A stretch of 63,987 bases of DNA, filler included, from Bigelowiella natans CCMP2755 (Eukaryota > Protista > Cercozoa): assembly GCA_000320545.1 (NCBI GenBank). It is 8 parts of 8 records of this genome, joined end to end, with 100 filler letters (N's around TTAATTAATTAA, not from the genome) between each part and the next. Parts side by side here need not be neighbours in the genome. Positions count along the whole stretch, not along the records: positions 60,731 to 63,987 come from ADNK01000044.1; 7 more parts are not named here. One strand, given 5' to 3'. This document shows, in pieces, positions 61,576 to 63,987 of the stretch; position 1 is the first letter of the stretch, and each line of letters starts with the position of its first letter. The notes under the pieces were generated by a model. It saw only the letters and a list, made by a program, of their open reading frames with translations. It did no database searches and was not told the origin of the DNA. Made by a program: the position numbers and the translations under genes.

Positions 61576-63987
61576 CTATCGCTAAGACCATGATGGCAAC
61601 TGCGCATGCACAACCCAACACATATACGCAGATCAACGCCGCCGCGATCGGGGAAAAGACCAGGAGATCGGAGATTCTGAACATGTAATACCCTCACAAT
61701 GCCCACAGTGGTGATGATGATGACGATGGTGATGATGATGATGATGATGATGTTGAATGATACTGAAGGAGGGGAAGACAAACATAAATAGCACATACAG
61801 TCATTCATTGCTTGCATGTGTCTAGAATATCGCTTCCCCATCGTGAGGTGCTGTCTTTTCGTTGTTATGCTCTCCTTGGGCCTTCCCCCCCCCCTCCCCC
61901 TCTTCCCCCTTCCCTTTTCTACTGGATGTGTTGTGTCGTTGCGTTGGATCATTTGTCATCAGATTGTTTTCGTGTCAAATCTGGTCGAAAGGAGGTGCTT
62001 ATCATCCATAGCATCATTGCAGTAGCAGCAGCATGCACTGCTCCTACAACATGTCTTTGCAATTATTCATGTTTCTACCCCTTCTTCCTTCCTTTCTTCC
62101 TTCCTTCTTTCCTTCCTCGTTTTCATCATGATGAACATTCATCGTCAATGTCAGTTGAGGACGATCGCGACGCGCAGGAGGCGGCTTATGCTAAGAACAT
62201 CAAAAAGCGTGTCATGGTGCTCTCTCTCGCTCTCTCTCTCCCTCACACACACACACACACACACGACCAATTTTCACACACTATGTGCAAAATTGCCAGG
62301 GGGAAGCGACACGGGCATGGGATCGCATTCTACGGATCCTTGGCCCAGTGTACGAAATAGAGGATGACAACTTGAGGCATGAGGTAATACTACTACTACT
62401 ACTACTACTACTACTAGTAGTAGTAGGAGCAGCAATGGTGATAAGAGCTGTAGTGATAATAAGTACAAGGAGAAGAAGAATGAATGTCCTGGCTTCCATC
62501 ATGGAATCAGATCTACAACGAATGCGTGCGTTCGCTATCTGCTACTACTCACAAAGATGACAAAGGCGACGACAGAAAATGAAGCGCTTGAATGTCTAGC
62601 TGCGTGACCCCTTTATCTCCTCCCCCCCCCCCCCCCCCCCACCATTTCCCTAGGCGGTGAAGGCGACGATTTATTGCTATCGGCTGTTTGTGCGGGGGTA
62701 CACCGTGCCCCCCTCCTCTTCCAAGGTGACGTGGTGTACATCGTATGCTTATTTGCGTGGTTGTGTGTGTATTTTGTGCGTGTGCGTAGAGCAGCACGTA
62801 TAGTATGCTCTTATAGTATGCACTTCTTCAATCGTTTATTATGCTGGTTTCTACCTCGACTGTGTTCCTTCTATCGACCGCTGTCCGTCATTCTTTGTAT
62901 TGTCCTACCCACCCCTCCTTTTCCTTTGTCGTTGTTTACATTTATGAATAGAAACGAGATCGGCTGGTGAAGCAAGCTAGGGGGGGCGGCAGCGCGAGTA
63001 GTAACGAGGTGAGAGTCGCCCGATTATCTTGTTATTGTCCTCGTCGTTATGGCATTTGCGCTCTGCTCTCTGTATCTCATCATGAATTTGATTCTCCTAC
63101 CCTCCTCTTTCAATTAAATTGTTTGGATTGTTTAATTCTCTTTCTGTTAGAATGAAGTCGAGTACCCTGTGCGAGAGGCACTCCCGCAGCCAGAAACCCT
63201 TCGCCGCCTCTTTTTCCCTGGCCTAATCAAGGTAGCAACAATCGTTTTTTATGCAGCTTAGTTACTTTTGTGTGAGGTGGGATATGCTAGGGGAGGTGGG
63301 GGGTGGGGGGGGGGAAGGGAATAGGAGTCAGAGGAAAAATACGAAAGAGGCCCTCTTATTTCTTCCTTCTCGTCGAAGATTTACGACGTCATCGTTCGTT
63401 ATCATTTTCTTATTGCTGATGGGTTGTTGTTGTTGTTGTTGTATGTGCCGCTGCTGCCATCAGGTTGTGGAGGATGTGCTAGAGGGTGATGATGATGATG
63501 ATGGAAGAAAACACGTTGTGAAGAGGCGAAGAAGCGAGGTATCTTTCATGCCAAAGCAGCACTGTCAAACAATTAATCCTCCCCCACCCTCCAGTTCCCT
63601 CTCTCAATCTCAACTCTCGCTCCACCCCCCTCTCCCGCCTAGGTCCATGCGAAGAGGCTTCAAGCTTTTGTCGCGTTTTACAAAAACCCAGTGGCGAATA
63701 CTCACAAGAAACAACTCGAGTACTCGTGTACACATTGACAGAAACAAGCAGCATGAAAACACAAGAAGTCCTTTTGCCGTATATATGCCAGTGAAGTGAG
63801 GCGTTTGTTTCGTATCTCTCTCTCTCTCTCTCCCTTTCACTCTCTCACTCTGTGCGTGTGTGGGTGTGTGATTGTATCTTCTACCGTAGATCTGTGATAC
63901 GATGGGATGAGGGATTTTGTTCCCTTTACACCCCGAAAGCAAAAGGTGGAGCAAAACCATCAAGCAACGTCAACATGGTAGTTTTGT
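60826..63987 (+). CDS. Hypothetical multi-exon gene, partial
   Basis: Series of AG/GT-bounded open segments between microsatellite introns (WAVKLVEITKNLLGTIKAVH; VEDDRDAQEAAYAKNIKKRVM; GEATRAWDRILRILGPVYEIEDDNLRHE; SMRRGFKLLSRFTKTQWRILTRNNS). Confidence 0.4.

Overview
Intron-rich, microsatellite-dense eukaryotic DNA, probably from a protist (taxon not determinable from the window). Seven 100-nt gap spacers (N-run/TTAATTAATTAA/N-run) interrupt it, so adjacency across gaps is unproven. Recognisable spliced genes: YaaA/UPF0246, an ankyrin protein, a SPAG7-like R3H protein, a GH42 beta-galactosidase, a full-architecture FMR1/FXR-like protein, the SPB1 5' end, a class I PDE with one in-frame stop, an F-BAR 5' end, a MYND finger protein, an ABHD/YheT hydrolase and a fimbrin-like C-terminus. 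Also present: a 5S rRNA gene, a tRNA-like element, two MITE-like elements and a 5'-truncated Ty1/copia element. The main signal is an apparent strand-symmetric TpA->TpG/CpA hypermutation, the reverse of fungal RIP. The copia element has no TpA in about 2.6 kb, and its conserved Tyr residues are replaced by His or Cys (YVDD->HVDD). The same signature marks the MITEs, an ankyrin pseudogene and intergenic DNA, while introns keep long (TA)n runs. Surviving TpA sits mostly in CTAG. This points to a possibly undescribed, DNA-level, adenine-targeting genome-defence system. Dinucleotide counts and exon structures were read by eye, and family calls come from recalled motifs, not searches.
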